Assembly (NCBI RefSeq): GCF_003918875.1
Contig: NW_025765214.1
Location: 1,860,001 to 1,924,000 of the forward strand
Length of the DNA stretch: 64,000 nucleotides
Direction of reading: 5' to 3'
Source: Haliotis rubra
Lineage: Eukaryota
The notes under the pieces were generated by a model. The model was not told where the DNA came from, did not search any database, and was given only the letters and a program-made list of their open reading frames with translations. Every line of letters begins with the position of its first letter. Within the stretch, counting starts at the first letter, position 1. Positions 25,329 through 38,400 of this stretch are shown here, piece after piece. A program made the position numbers and the translations under genes.

Positions 25329-28300
25329 CCATCACTACCACCTCTAACATTCATTTCTTCAATAACCAAACGATCGTGCATTCAGTGTAGGTTGAAGTTG
25401 CTCTTAGATTAGGCGTTCAGATTTACTTGTACTCTTTAATGGCAGGTACAAAATTAACACATCCTGGTTTAAAAGCTTAATATACTTTAAGTACGTCAAT
25501 GAAGGGGCAATATTTTATCATCCACCTTCCCAAGATATTTGAAAATACAGAAATATTATATACTTTAAGAGTAAATAGAGTGCCTTACTTAATTCCACCT
25601 TCCTTTTGAAATACAGTATTGTTCAAATAGCATGCCTTACTCAATTTTGCATGCTGGTACGAAGTTGGAAAATCATCAACCAGAAATCACCGACGGTTCT
25701 ATTCATAGGACCTAAAAAGTAAATATTTCAGTAAATACACAGTTTGTCATACGCACATAATTATCGTAAACAAATTTGATATTTAATAATTTGATAATTA
25801 CCTTGAGATGCAACAAACTTGTTTGGAGCGTCAACGCCCTGTAAGACAACCACGGACATATAAAGTTTTTGAAAGGCATTTAGAAGTTAGACGAACATGA
25901 ATACATGACACGTTTTATGGATAACGACTTCTTTCTTATTCTTTACACGACGTTTCAGAGCTAATTCTTGCTTCTTCATCTCCTCCGGAGACCCAGGTTA
26001 TGTTTCCCACATGGGTAAAATATATATATGACAAGTGTACTGATGAAGGAGCAAGAATTAGCTCTGAAACGTCGTATAAAGAATAAAAAGGTTGTTATGC
26101 ATAAAACGTGTCATGTATACACGAACATATAGTGAGTGAGTATGGTTTTACGCCGCATTTAGCAATATTCCAGCAATATCACCCCACCGCCCTTCCACGA
26201 ACGTATAGTTGATGGAGTAAAGTAATAGAACCTGAGCTGTACACTGCGTCCATCGTACCCAAATACGTTGATACGTTACGATACATTTACACAGAGTTCT
26301 AGAATGTACTACAACCCTTTTGGCATCTCCCCTTACGCAGAGAACAGTATGAAAAGATGTGGTACTTTGTGATTAGGTATTTAAGGGGAGTTAACTCTTG
26401 CCTCTCACCTCACACTACTACTATGTGTGTGATAATCACCCTGTAAGGCCTATTTTGCAAGTTGGATTACATGCTAAAAGGCGACTAACGGGATCGGGTG
26501 GTCAGGAACGCTGACTTGCTCGACACATGTCACGTATCCCAGTTGCGTAGATCGATGCTCATACTGTTGATCACTGGATTGTCTGGTCCAGACTCGATTA
26601 TTTACAGACCGTCGCCATAGCTGGAATATTGCTGGAGTGCGGCGTTAAACAACCAACCAACCAACCAACCAACCAAACAACGAACCCTGTATTGATGTGT
26701 GAACTTTACTTAGTTAATTTTAGAATACAATTGTTAATAACATCATATTTCTATGTTGTTTGCTGGTCTTTTACGAGCTAATTCCCAGTTAACTTTATAG
26801 TTTCAACTTGGGAATCAACACTAAACAGTGTTTATTTGCTATTTATCTTTTGTCGAGTGAATGTGTACAAAACACTGGCTTCGGAAAATGCTCTTGTACA
26901 TCGTGTGTGCTACGTGCTCTCTACACTCACACTAACAAAACTAGCGTTGATATAATCTGAGGGAGAGTGGTCTTCGTTCAGCTCAAGAACTACACGCGTC
27001 TGGTCGTCTGAAAATAATGACATAAAAATGATAATAAGTAATAGTAATAATGTAGGTGCATTATAAATGGCCATTATTATGCTGTTTTGCTTGTTTTGTT
27101 TTCGGGGTTTTTTTCCATCTTAATCTGTAAAACATAATAATGGACATTTATACTGCACCTGTATCAACGCACTTGTGCATGCTCGATGCAATACAGTACA
27201 ATCAGGGGAGAATATAAATAAATATACATGGTGGGTTCGAAGATTCATGAAAGAATATCTCGGCAGAGAATGTAAGAGGCATACGGGCTATGTGCATTTT
27301 TAAAGTCATAACATGGATGACAGCATGTCTAGCCGTGTGTGTCCCACATTAATACAATCAAATATATAGTGTATAGTTGATACACAGTTATCACCCTTGC
27401 ATACAAGGAAGCTTTCCACTGAAACTGGGTCAGTAACTTTCAACATAATTAAATTTTATATTCAGTTAATAAAACTTGAAATGCGCCCCTCAACTAATCC
27501 ATATAATCACCGTGTAATCCCGGACGGAGATCATGGCCACTTTATACGACACCTCTCACGACACCTCGAGTACTTACATGCAAACACGTCGTTGTAAATG
27601 TTCTTTAGTCTGTTCTCCTTCTCCATAGCAGCATAGCAATCATGTAATAAACCCGACGGCAATTTCTAAAAGAACAATTCAGTTGAACCACTTTATTCTG
27701 AATCTTAATGCTTGGGGTGAGTATGAACTGATGAGATGATGAGAAAACCAATGGAATGATTTAATCACCTGACCATTCCTGAACAAATCCATTACCTGAT
27801 ACACCTGAAAGTCGCCTTTTACGACAAGTTTAATTTGTAGCTCAAACTGGGTCTTGTCTAGATAACACAATCACGCAAGCGCCTAAGCACGCACTGTCTT
27901 GTCTAGATAACACACACGCAAGCGCGCACGCACGCACGCACACACACACACACGCAAGCGCGCGATCGTGTCTGTATCTACGGTCACCACGTTTAGTGAC
28001 AATTGCCACATGGATCAAGGCGTGATGTGAATCCACATGGCATTAATCCCAAATACAAAAACCCCATCTTATATGAAGAAATATGGGTTATCACGCTTAT
28101 GTGTTTTGGGAAAGTAAATTTATCATCCAAAACTGTGTTCCACAGGAGATATCGCTTGTGTGAGATCAAACGATATCTCCTAGGAGATATCGTTGTGACA
28201 GTAGATTTTGTACAATGCCCTGACAATGCTATGGCGTCATGTACTTGATGACGTCACAATACTACGACATCGATGCACTGCAAGTCTAATGGCAGTACCA

Positions 28301-31300
28301 TGTTCAGAGATGTACATTTTTCATTGAAAATTAATAAAGAGTGATTTTGGATGATAAATAGAATCTCACCCTCGTGTCTTCTGATATCAAATATATCAAC
28401 ACTCGTTGATAAAAGTAAAAATATCCTCGGCAAGCCTCGGATATTTGTAACTTTATCAACTCGTGTTGATATAATATCAGAAGACACTTGGGTGAGATTC
28501 TCTATATCCGATTCAAGGGAAGATACTCTTACATATAACATAGTCTATAAGACGTGACGTTTGTTTATAGTCTGCAATAACGTTACGAGTATGACAGGTA
28601 CATAAAGCGACAAAATGAATCAAGGCAACACATATCTGCAGCTGTTTTAAATCGATTATAAGGTCGTAGTCGTAGAGGTCCTCAAACATAGTTCACTTGT
28701 GTCCTCGGTTAATGGGTTCGCAATGTCTATCCTCAAAGTGAACTAAATTTGTAAAATACTCAGCCATGTCCCAGTCAGAGACTGAATTTTAGTATCCTAG
28801 ACTATTGGTTTGATAAACATATCAATTATCCCTGTAGTGCCTCCTTATTCCAGATGGTTAATTCTGACTCGGTCTCCGGTTAAGAAGCGGGACGCCATGT
28901 TTGCTTGCAAAGTCTGAAAGTAGTCCCTACTTGACCTTTCATATTTGCATCTTTATCTGCATATGAACCCAAACGAATACCGTTTTTATCCGTTGGCTTC
29001 ACCAGCTGAGAAACCTACACAATACATGATATTGACTTTTACTCACGTTGAACTGTTTCTGAAAACCGCCATGCTTTCTAAGCTGCTTGACATGGTACAG
29101 GAGAGTACTTGTCATCACCCTGGTTACCAAAGGAACGTTGTAGTATTCCCTGTCCGTGGTCTCATCTCCATCTCTGTGTGTGATTCCATCATGGTGTTCT
29201 GTTCTGTCATGTTCACCTCGTGCTGGTATCCAGGGAGAAACTATAGGAAGAAGGAGACTGACCTGAACACTACCACCATGATGGTTTCATATATTATGAA
29301 CAATGGCGGCAGCAGATATCCTATGAAGACTTTCAAACCTAAAGACAACATTTTCATAATTGTTTTCAAGGTATTCAATTTCTATCTTTAAGTTTATCAA
29401 TCTGTTTTCACAATTATATGAATTGTATTAAAACAAGAAAGAAGCTGAACTGGAAAGAGATATTATCAATATCTAATTCAATATTTGAAGCTGTGCACGC
29501 GTATATACAACCTTCTTGATAATCAGAAATGGTACCCGCACTAGGGTAACCAGATATCATCTCGTATCCGTCTTCATCCCTCTCAGAAGCTGTGACAAAC
29601 CGTCTCAATGTCCCTTTCATTTTTCTTTAACGTAGAACACAAAATAGATCATGCATTATTACCATCGCAAAAATACGTCCATTTGTTATGAATACACAAT
29701 GCTATTTAGAAAGTGGTCAAAGCACACAAAGTCAGCCGCCTAACTCGCTCAGCCACCGTGACTTAAACTTTGTGTGCTGGCGATTTGGTGCCTGACTCTA
29801 AGGGGGTGGGTTCGAATCCAGGATAGGACTCAACCCTAAACAGTACTAGAATTCGTACTTTACTAGGAAAGTGTAATCCCAAGTATGATATATGTTACAC
29901 GTCCATTTGTTGTAACACTGTAAGTATGTCGCCATTAGAAAGCATATAACCATATAAATTTCAAACAATTCTGAACAATGTTAGAATATACTTTTCTTTC
30001 ACCAATGTTCCTGTGTTTTCAGGGTTTTCATATGCAAACCCATGGTGTGTGTGTGTGTGTGGGGTGGTGGGGGTGGGGCTGGGGTGGTGGGGTTAGTGAT
30101 TAAAGCGTTCTCTCGTCACGCTGATTACCCGGGTTCGATTCCCCACATGAGTACAATCTGTGAAGCCCATTTCTGGTGTCCCCCGATATTGCAGGAATAT
30201 TGCTAAAAGTGGCGTAAGTCCATACTCAATCACTCATGTGAACACTTGACGTCACAAATATCATCTTCACTATTGGATAGTGATTCAAGAACACAGACTT
30301 TCCATAGTCAGAGTCGTACAATAGACTTTCATTTGTGAAAAAATGCCTTTGCTTCATGAGTTAACAATGCCGTACAGTATTCACCATCAATATATACATG
30401 TAATATCACAGAACCAATTCATTTAGTCATTACTGACAATTTCAAGTGTTGACAGACCTCAGCTTTTTCAGACTCAGAAAAACTGCCAATAATTCCAATC
30501 TTACAGTGGACATTGTTATTTTGAAGTCCTCAAAAGATACTTCACCTTTTGTAGACTAAGAAAGCTATAACGAGGAGGACTGCTACCAGCAAGATGGCCA
30601 CAACGGCCAGGATGATGGTCAGGGCATCTGGTCCAGCACTTTTTGGACCAGGTGATGGAGCGATTATCACTGAAACAGATGAAACTGAATTTTACCAACA
30701 TGTTCGATAACAGTGATTAAAATAATACTTCTAGAAATGTTTACTTACTACAACTGAGTTAATTATGTTTGTGGGGACAAAGCATGTTGGCAGAGAAAAT
30801 CTTATATTTACAGTTAATGCATGCATGGGTTCTTTACATACTATAAATCATTCATTGATATTAAAGTTATTGCTATGTTTACCATATTCAGTCCTAATCA
30901 TGGTATCATGATGTTAATACTCACTGAAAATCTCCAAACAATTTCATCTTAGGGACACTTTCACCGTTTTCCACACAATACAGCGTTACAACTTTGTGAA
31001 ATACAAATCCTAAGGACACGAAGGCTTTCGAATCTTGAGAGAGTGAGTGAGTGAGTGAGTGAGTGAGTTTAGTTTTACGCCGAACTCAGCAATATTTCAG
31101 CTATATGGCGGCGGTCTGTAAATAATCGAGTCTGGACCAGTGATCAACAGCATGAGTATCGATCTGCGGAATGGGAACCGATGACATGTGTCAACCAAGC
31201 CAGCGAGCCTGACCACCCGATCCCGTTAGTCGCATCTTACGACAAGCATGGGTTACTGAAGGTTCATACTAACCCGGACCTTCACGGGTGCATCTTGAGT

Positions 31301-34300
31301 GAGGGTCCAATGCTTTACATGCTAAAACACTGTTAGCAATTAAATATGTCCTGTTAAGTGAACATTAATATCGATCAGACAAATGTAAATGAATACCCAC
31401 TTCTGTCAGAGCAGAAGCTGCCTCCATAACCATCCGCACATCCCATAGAACAGTTGCCATGGATACTGTCACAGGATGGATTGCCTCTACAATAACCACA
31501 TGTCCCACTGCAGTTGTAGCCATAGCGACCATACGGACATGCTAGAAACAGATGAGACTGAGTAACAGAGGAGCAATGCTGATTATGATGTTGATCATCA
31601 TCACAACAACAACAGCAACAGCATCATCAACAACAATCGGCTATATTTCAGTTTCCAGGATATATTACGCCACTTTGATAAAGTATGTTCTTGGAAAGCT
31701 TCTTCCGGTTTCTTGCTAAACTATCTGTTTTCCCACTGAACCACCAGGGCGGTGATGAAACGGTGTTCAATCTAACATGTTAGACATCAGCTTTTATGAA
31801 TGCTGTACTTGATCTTTCTTGCCTGTTGTCATGAAATTTGTGTTATAAAATTGTACCGATTCAGCATTAGGCATCCCAAAGTTTTCTTATTCGTCATGGT
31901 ATTTCTTGCTTTTATAAGGTTATAAAGTTAGTTAGACCATATCACACATTACTCCATGCAAAATAGAGACCATAAACACACTTGAATGAAGATGTTAATG
32001 CCAGAGGGCTTGTCCCCAACCTCAAAGTTTTACATTTTCAACCATAACTGAAGGGTGAGTGGTTTGACAATGATATTACACTTGAAATCCTAAAACGATC
32101 TTTGGACAAAAACAACAGTTACAAACTATATTTGCAAACAAAGTGTATGTTATAATTACCTGTGTCACATGTGCCACCCATGAAGCCCTTCTCACAACCT
32201 TGCACACACAGCCCTGAGCTCTGGTCACAGTCTCCTTCATAACATCCATCTGAGCAGGTTTTGGTGCAGTGGGATCCATACCAGCCTTTCAGACAGCCTA
32301 AATTACAGGAACCATCAACCTGAATACACTGTCTGTCATTTGATTCTCTACAATTTAAACTACAGTTCCGGTCACAGAAGTTCCCATGTCTACCTTTCTG
32401 ACACCCATAGTTGCATCTTCCTGAGTTCTGCTCACAGATATGACCATTACATGTTTTACTGCAGTTTCGGTAACATAGGTCACCATAATGTCCAGCTGTG
32501 CACCCATCTAGACATCTGCCAGTATTCTGGTCACAATACACATAGTTGTCTATACCTTCACGTGGTTTACAGTCTGTGGGACACTTGTCATCACACTTGG
32601 AACCACGGAATCCTGGTAGACATCCTTCCACACAAACTCCTGATTTTTGCTTGCAGTTCCCCTCTGCACAGTTTGGACATTCTCTCCGACATCTGTCACC
32701 AAACCAGCTTGGTTTGCACTCAGTGCAGGTGGTTTCGGTACATGACTTGCAATTAGTTGGACATGCAGTTTTGCATTTCGGACCTTTCCAGCCATCCACA
32801 CATCCATTTGTACAGGTTCCATCTTTGTCGTTACAAGTCTGATCTCTACAGGTATTACTACAATTCTGATCACAACTGCTCCCATATACTGGTGTCACTA
32901 CAGCCATTGAGGCAAGCTCCATCTCTGAAGTTACAGAACTGATCCCCGGAGTCAAATGCCTTGCACCTGTACCCACAGGACGACTGACACTGGGGGCCAT
33001 AAAAACCAACTTGACATGATGTACACAATCCTGTGTCCTTCTGACAGCCATGTTCACACTTAGCTGGACAGATCTTTCTGCAATCATCGCCATGGAAACT
33101 CTCCTCGCACACAATACAGGAATCATCTGTGCAGTTATAGCAGTGATCTGGGCATTGCTTCTGACAGTAAGATCCCTTCTTCCCATCAACACACCCATCA
33201 GTACATTCAGGAGATCCAGTTGAGTCCATCACACAATGACTGTTGCTGCAGTTAGAACTACATTCCTTGGTGCAGTTAGTTCCATACCATGTGTCCTCGC
33301 AGTCACTGCAGAGTCCAGATGTCTGGTCACATACACTGTCCCTACAATGTGTATTACAGAGCTTGTCACACTTAGCACCATGATATCCTGGTTTACAGCC
33401 TCTTTCACAGTGTCCTGATGCTTGTTCACAGGAACCGTTAAAACAGTTGGCGCAAGATTTGGTACACTTGTCCCCATACCAGCCTAGCTTGCAACCGTCT
33501 TTACAACTCCCTTTTCTCTCACAGCCATTCAGACAGTTGTTGCAGGACTTACTACAAAACCGTCCATACCATCCAACAGAACAGGCCCTACATTTACCAC
33601 TACCTCTGTAGCAGGAACCCTCACAGTTAGGGCTACAGGCAGTGGTGCAGTCTTCTCCATGTTTTCCTGACACACAGTTGCTACAATAGCCAGTCTGATT
33701 ACATCGTTTCTTGTCACAAAACTCACTACAGCTATCAGTGCATGTGTTCCCATAGAAGCCACTTGTACATCCAGCTTGACAGACACCAGAACTGGTACAA
33801 TTTTTCTTTCTACACTTTGTGCACTGTTGGTCACACTTGGGGCCATACCATGTACTTTTACAACCAGACAGACATGTCTTGTCATCGGTACAGCTATGAA
33901 GATAGCAGTTCTCACAGATTATTTCTTTAACATCACATTTATCACCCACCCACATAGGTTCACATCCATCAAGACATTCTCCACTATCTATGTCACAAGT
34001 TTTGTCCATACAATGTTCTGAGCATCTCTTGAGGCATTTCCTACCATAGAGTCCATCTTTACACGCCTCACACTGTCCAGACCAGCGATTGCACATGACA
34101 CAGTTACTGTTGGGGCATCTCTGGCTACAGTTGAAGCCATAGTTACCATCTAGACAGGTCTGTGGACACTCAGTGGGCTTCTTGTCCTCACACTGGCCAT
34201 TGTTGTCACAGCGAGATACACAGGGCTTACACTCTGGACCATAGTAGCCATCACCACACGCTGTGTCTGGGGACGCACAAGATATATAAATGTAACTTGA

Positions 34301-35380
34301 CAATTCACATATAGCATCCACAAATAAAATAATCTAACACTACCTGCAGCACAATCAGCTTTTATATGCAGGGAGACCCATTTATGATCTGCTTGATTGG
34401 TATTTTAGAAGTTGATGAATAATAAGAAAGGTATGACAACATTTTATTATATTATGATGCTGAAATAATAAAGATCTTGTCATTCATAAAATGTCATACC
34501 TTTCCTATTAGACCCCTTTACTTTCATGGATTATTCATCCTTACTCAGAATATAACAATAAACGATAATTCTTGCCTCTTGCTCCACTTCATACTATAAC
34601 CATGATCTGTAACTAGTTCAAACAAAGATTTTTGCTCAATTCACTACTGGTTTGTGCACATTCAGGAAACACTTCTCACTCCAATGCCTTAACAGTGGGA
34701 GCACATTTCAATAACAGGATGTGAGTTTTGTAATCTAGCTTAATGACGGGGATGCCTTGATGCCTTGGATGATTGGCCCATAGGTGTCCCCCCAATGAAA
34801 TCACAGAGACAAATAGTTCTGCTGAGGGCACATACATATACTGGACAAAATAAGTTAGGGATATTGGTATTTTTATGATTTATATTTTATCAGTGTGTCA
34901 ATGAATAAATCATTATTCAGAATTTCAAAAGTACATATATCCCTAATTATTTTTGTCTAGTATAGATATGTGTGGACATATAACATATCCATAAATGATG
35001 TAGCCAAGTACAACAAAACCATCTGCTTTCAATATTCATTCCAGGACATTGATTTTTTGCTGAGAAACACCCCAAACATATACAGTATATAATATTAGGA
35101 ATAGATCTATCGCTGAAAAGTTAGAACCTCTGACATTATTGCAGGGCAAATGTAAAAGTAACAACACCTACATAATCGTGATTCATGGCTATTGTGGCAG
35201 TAAATGTATGAATACAAAGTAACTGGAACACAACAGGAATACATACACATGAAGGTATTACCAGAATATAGATAGGAATGTAAATTACTGCCCCTGTATG
35301 ATGAGAACAGAATATCACCATGGTTACAATGGTGACATTGGTAACATAACAGCTATGTCAGGTTGAAAGTTTGCAGGTAA

Positions 35381-35441
<61 letters not shown>

Positions 35442-38400
35442 GTTCTCTAGGTCTATGGGTGTACCAAAAATGTGTTTTGCAAATACAAGATGTAGCATTT
35501 TCTTACATTTTGTGACAATGCGAGCTGAAGTCTTTGACACTGGATGGCACTGTTTGTACACCAAGATCTGATTTTCTATGACTCTAGTAAAAGTGATCTC
35601 CCAGTATAGTTTAGCTGCCACACTTTTGAATATGAAAAATGACAAAAATCGCTTCTGTGCTCACAACATTTCAATCGATCACTTATGAATGAATTTGTGT
35701 GTAAATTAAATGATACAAAACCTAATGAAACATATATGTTTCACCAACACATGTAATATTCGGGATTACACTTTCACAGTAGTGTATAGATTCTAGTACT
35801 TTTGTTGAGTTGAGTACCATCTGGGATTCAAGCCCACACCCTTAGAGCAAGGCATCTAATAGCGAGCACACAAAGTCAGCCATCTAACCCACTCAGCCAG
35901 CGCGGCTTCATGTTGCCATATAGCATGTGTTACACTTCACCACTTTCTATTTGACATTGTGTATTCATGTCAAAGTATATTGAATTTTTATCACTTGAAA
36001 AACGTATTACTGTATACTCCTGTGCTGGTAATGATCTATATAGACATAAAGCCATAATATTTCTGATGATGGATGATCGACTGCACACAGTCTTGTTTTC
36101 ATTGTGATAGTGAACATTTTCCCAGAAAGGTGTTAATGGTAAGTAACCAGGGCTGACTTACCTGACTCGCAGATCTTGCAAGTCTTCTTACAGTGGATGT
36201 ATGCATTGCTTGATGCACTGAGAGGGTAGCTGCAGATTGTCCTTGCGTTGTCTCCACAATAACTCACCCAGTTAGCTGTATCCTCACATGGACTGACAGC
36301 CAATACTGAAACAGCAGTCATAGTAACAGAAACCTATTAGAGATAGGCAGGCATCTATGTAAGACTGCTTGATGTTGATGTAATATAGTTACTTGAACAG
36401 GGTCCGCGAGTTTCATTTACTGCACAGTAGCATGTATCAATGATGCGATTTGACGAAACAGCAAAATGTTTGGGCTGAAATATGGAAACTTTCCCTTTGT
36501 TTTGGCATTTTCATAACACTTGTGTAATAAAGGTTGATAAAAATATCATTTAGGAAAACATGGTGCATTCTACCAGCGCGAATACAGATTCTGAGAGGTA
36601 ATGATCGGGTCAGAACAAACACAATCAGTTAATCATAAGCTGACATATCAGCAGGTATGCATACATTATGCAACGAAATGGAAAGAAAAGTTTCTCGACA
36701 GATGATGTTGCTCGAGAAATATGCGTGCCTTGCAGAAGTATGTTTGCACTGAAGGGTCTATGATAAATAATGTTTACAAAATCGTCACACTTTCAGACGA
36801 AACGTGATATAGTTAATCATTATCCACATCCTTTAACATAATACCAAAGTATAACACTATCTGCGAAATCGGTGTATGCAAGTGTTGGGGCCAAAAAGTT
36901 CCGAGTCCCGTGCTGGGATTCGAACCACGGACCTTCAACTCCGAAGTCGGACGCCTTGTCCACATGAACAATGAGGTTAACCCTGTCAGCAAGCTGACAA
37001 GGTAAGGATGTCATCTGTGGGATGACTATATTATATGTAAATAATCGAGTCTGGACCAGACAATCCAGTGATCAACAGCATGAGCATCGATTTGCGCAAT
37101 TGGGAACCGATGACATGTGTCAACCAAGTCAGCGAGCCTGACCACCCGATCCCGTTAGTCGCCTCTTACGACAAGCATGGGTTACTGAAGGTACATTCTA
37201 GCCCGGACCTTCACGGTACGATTACAAGGAAGAACTTTAACCGATGCAACGAAGATAATACCAGATGCTGTTGCAAAAGGCAAACGCAGGTATGAGAGTG
37301 TACCGACTCAATTAGCCACTAAGCTGTCACCCATCCCCNNNNNNNNNNNNNNNNNNNNNNNNNNNNNNNNNNNNNNNNNNNNNNNNNNNNNNNNNNNNNN
37401 NNNNNNNNNNNNNNNNNNNNNNNNNNNNNNNNNNNNNNNNNNNNNNNNNNNNNNNNNNNNNNNNNNNNNNNNNNNNNNNNNNNNNNNNNNNNNNNNNNNN
37501 NNNNNNNNNNNNNNNNNNNNNNNNNNNNNNNNNNNNNNNNNNNNNNNNNNNNNNNNNNNNNNNNNNNNNNNNNNNNNNNNNNNNNNNNNNGCGGTGGAGT
37601 GGGGTGGAGCGGAGTGGAGTGGGGTGGAACGGAGTGGAGTGCAGTGTCTAGTAGTGTAGTGTGGTGTAGTGTGGTGTAGTGTAGTGTAGCGTAGTGTAGT
37701 GTAGTGTAGTGTAGTGTAGTGTAGTGTAGTGTAGTGTAGTGTAGTGACTTGTAGTGTAGATAGATAGATATTCGTTATTTCCTCCACTTGAATGAAGATT
37801 ACAATATGCATTGATAATGTATACAGTATATTTACGTCAAATGATTAAGATGGATTTGTGATATAGTCAAGAATGTTCATAGACATACAAGTATTTCAGC
37901 AAGTATCGCCATTTCCTTATGAAATGGCTTACATTAATTATTACTTTCTACTTTCTACTTCCATGATACATTCTTTTGGACAAACACCAAATAAAAATGC
38001 AAGCATAACATCATCTACATAACAAGTTTCTACATCCAGAATGCTGTGTGGTTTAGTCAGGTATTTTGTTGTGTAGCGTAGTGTTTTGTTGTGTGGTCTT
38101 GTAAGGAACTGAAGGATGAGTGTAGTGTAGTGTAGTGTAGTGTAGTGTAGTGCAGTGTTGTGTAGTGTAGTGTAGTGTAGTGTAGTGAGGTGTAGTGTAG
38201 TGAGGTCTANNNNNNNNNNNNNNNNNNNNNNNNNNNNNNNNNNNNNNNNNNNNNNNNNNNNNNNNNNNNNNNNNNNNNNNNNNNNNNNNNNNNNNNNNNN
38301 NNNNNNNNNNNNNNNNNNNNNNNNNNNNNNNNNNNNNNNNNNNNNNNNNNNNNNNNNNNNNNNNNNNGTAGTTAGGAGTAGTGTAGTGTAGTGTAGTGTG

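Noticed and set aside
32340-34021. Plus-strand and alternate-frame ORFs over the EGF exon
   Set aside because: Shadow ORFs of the Cys-rich coding frame.
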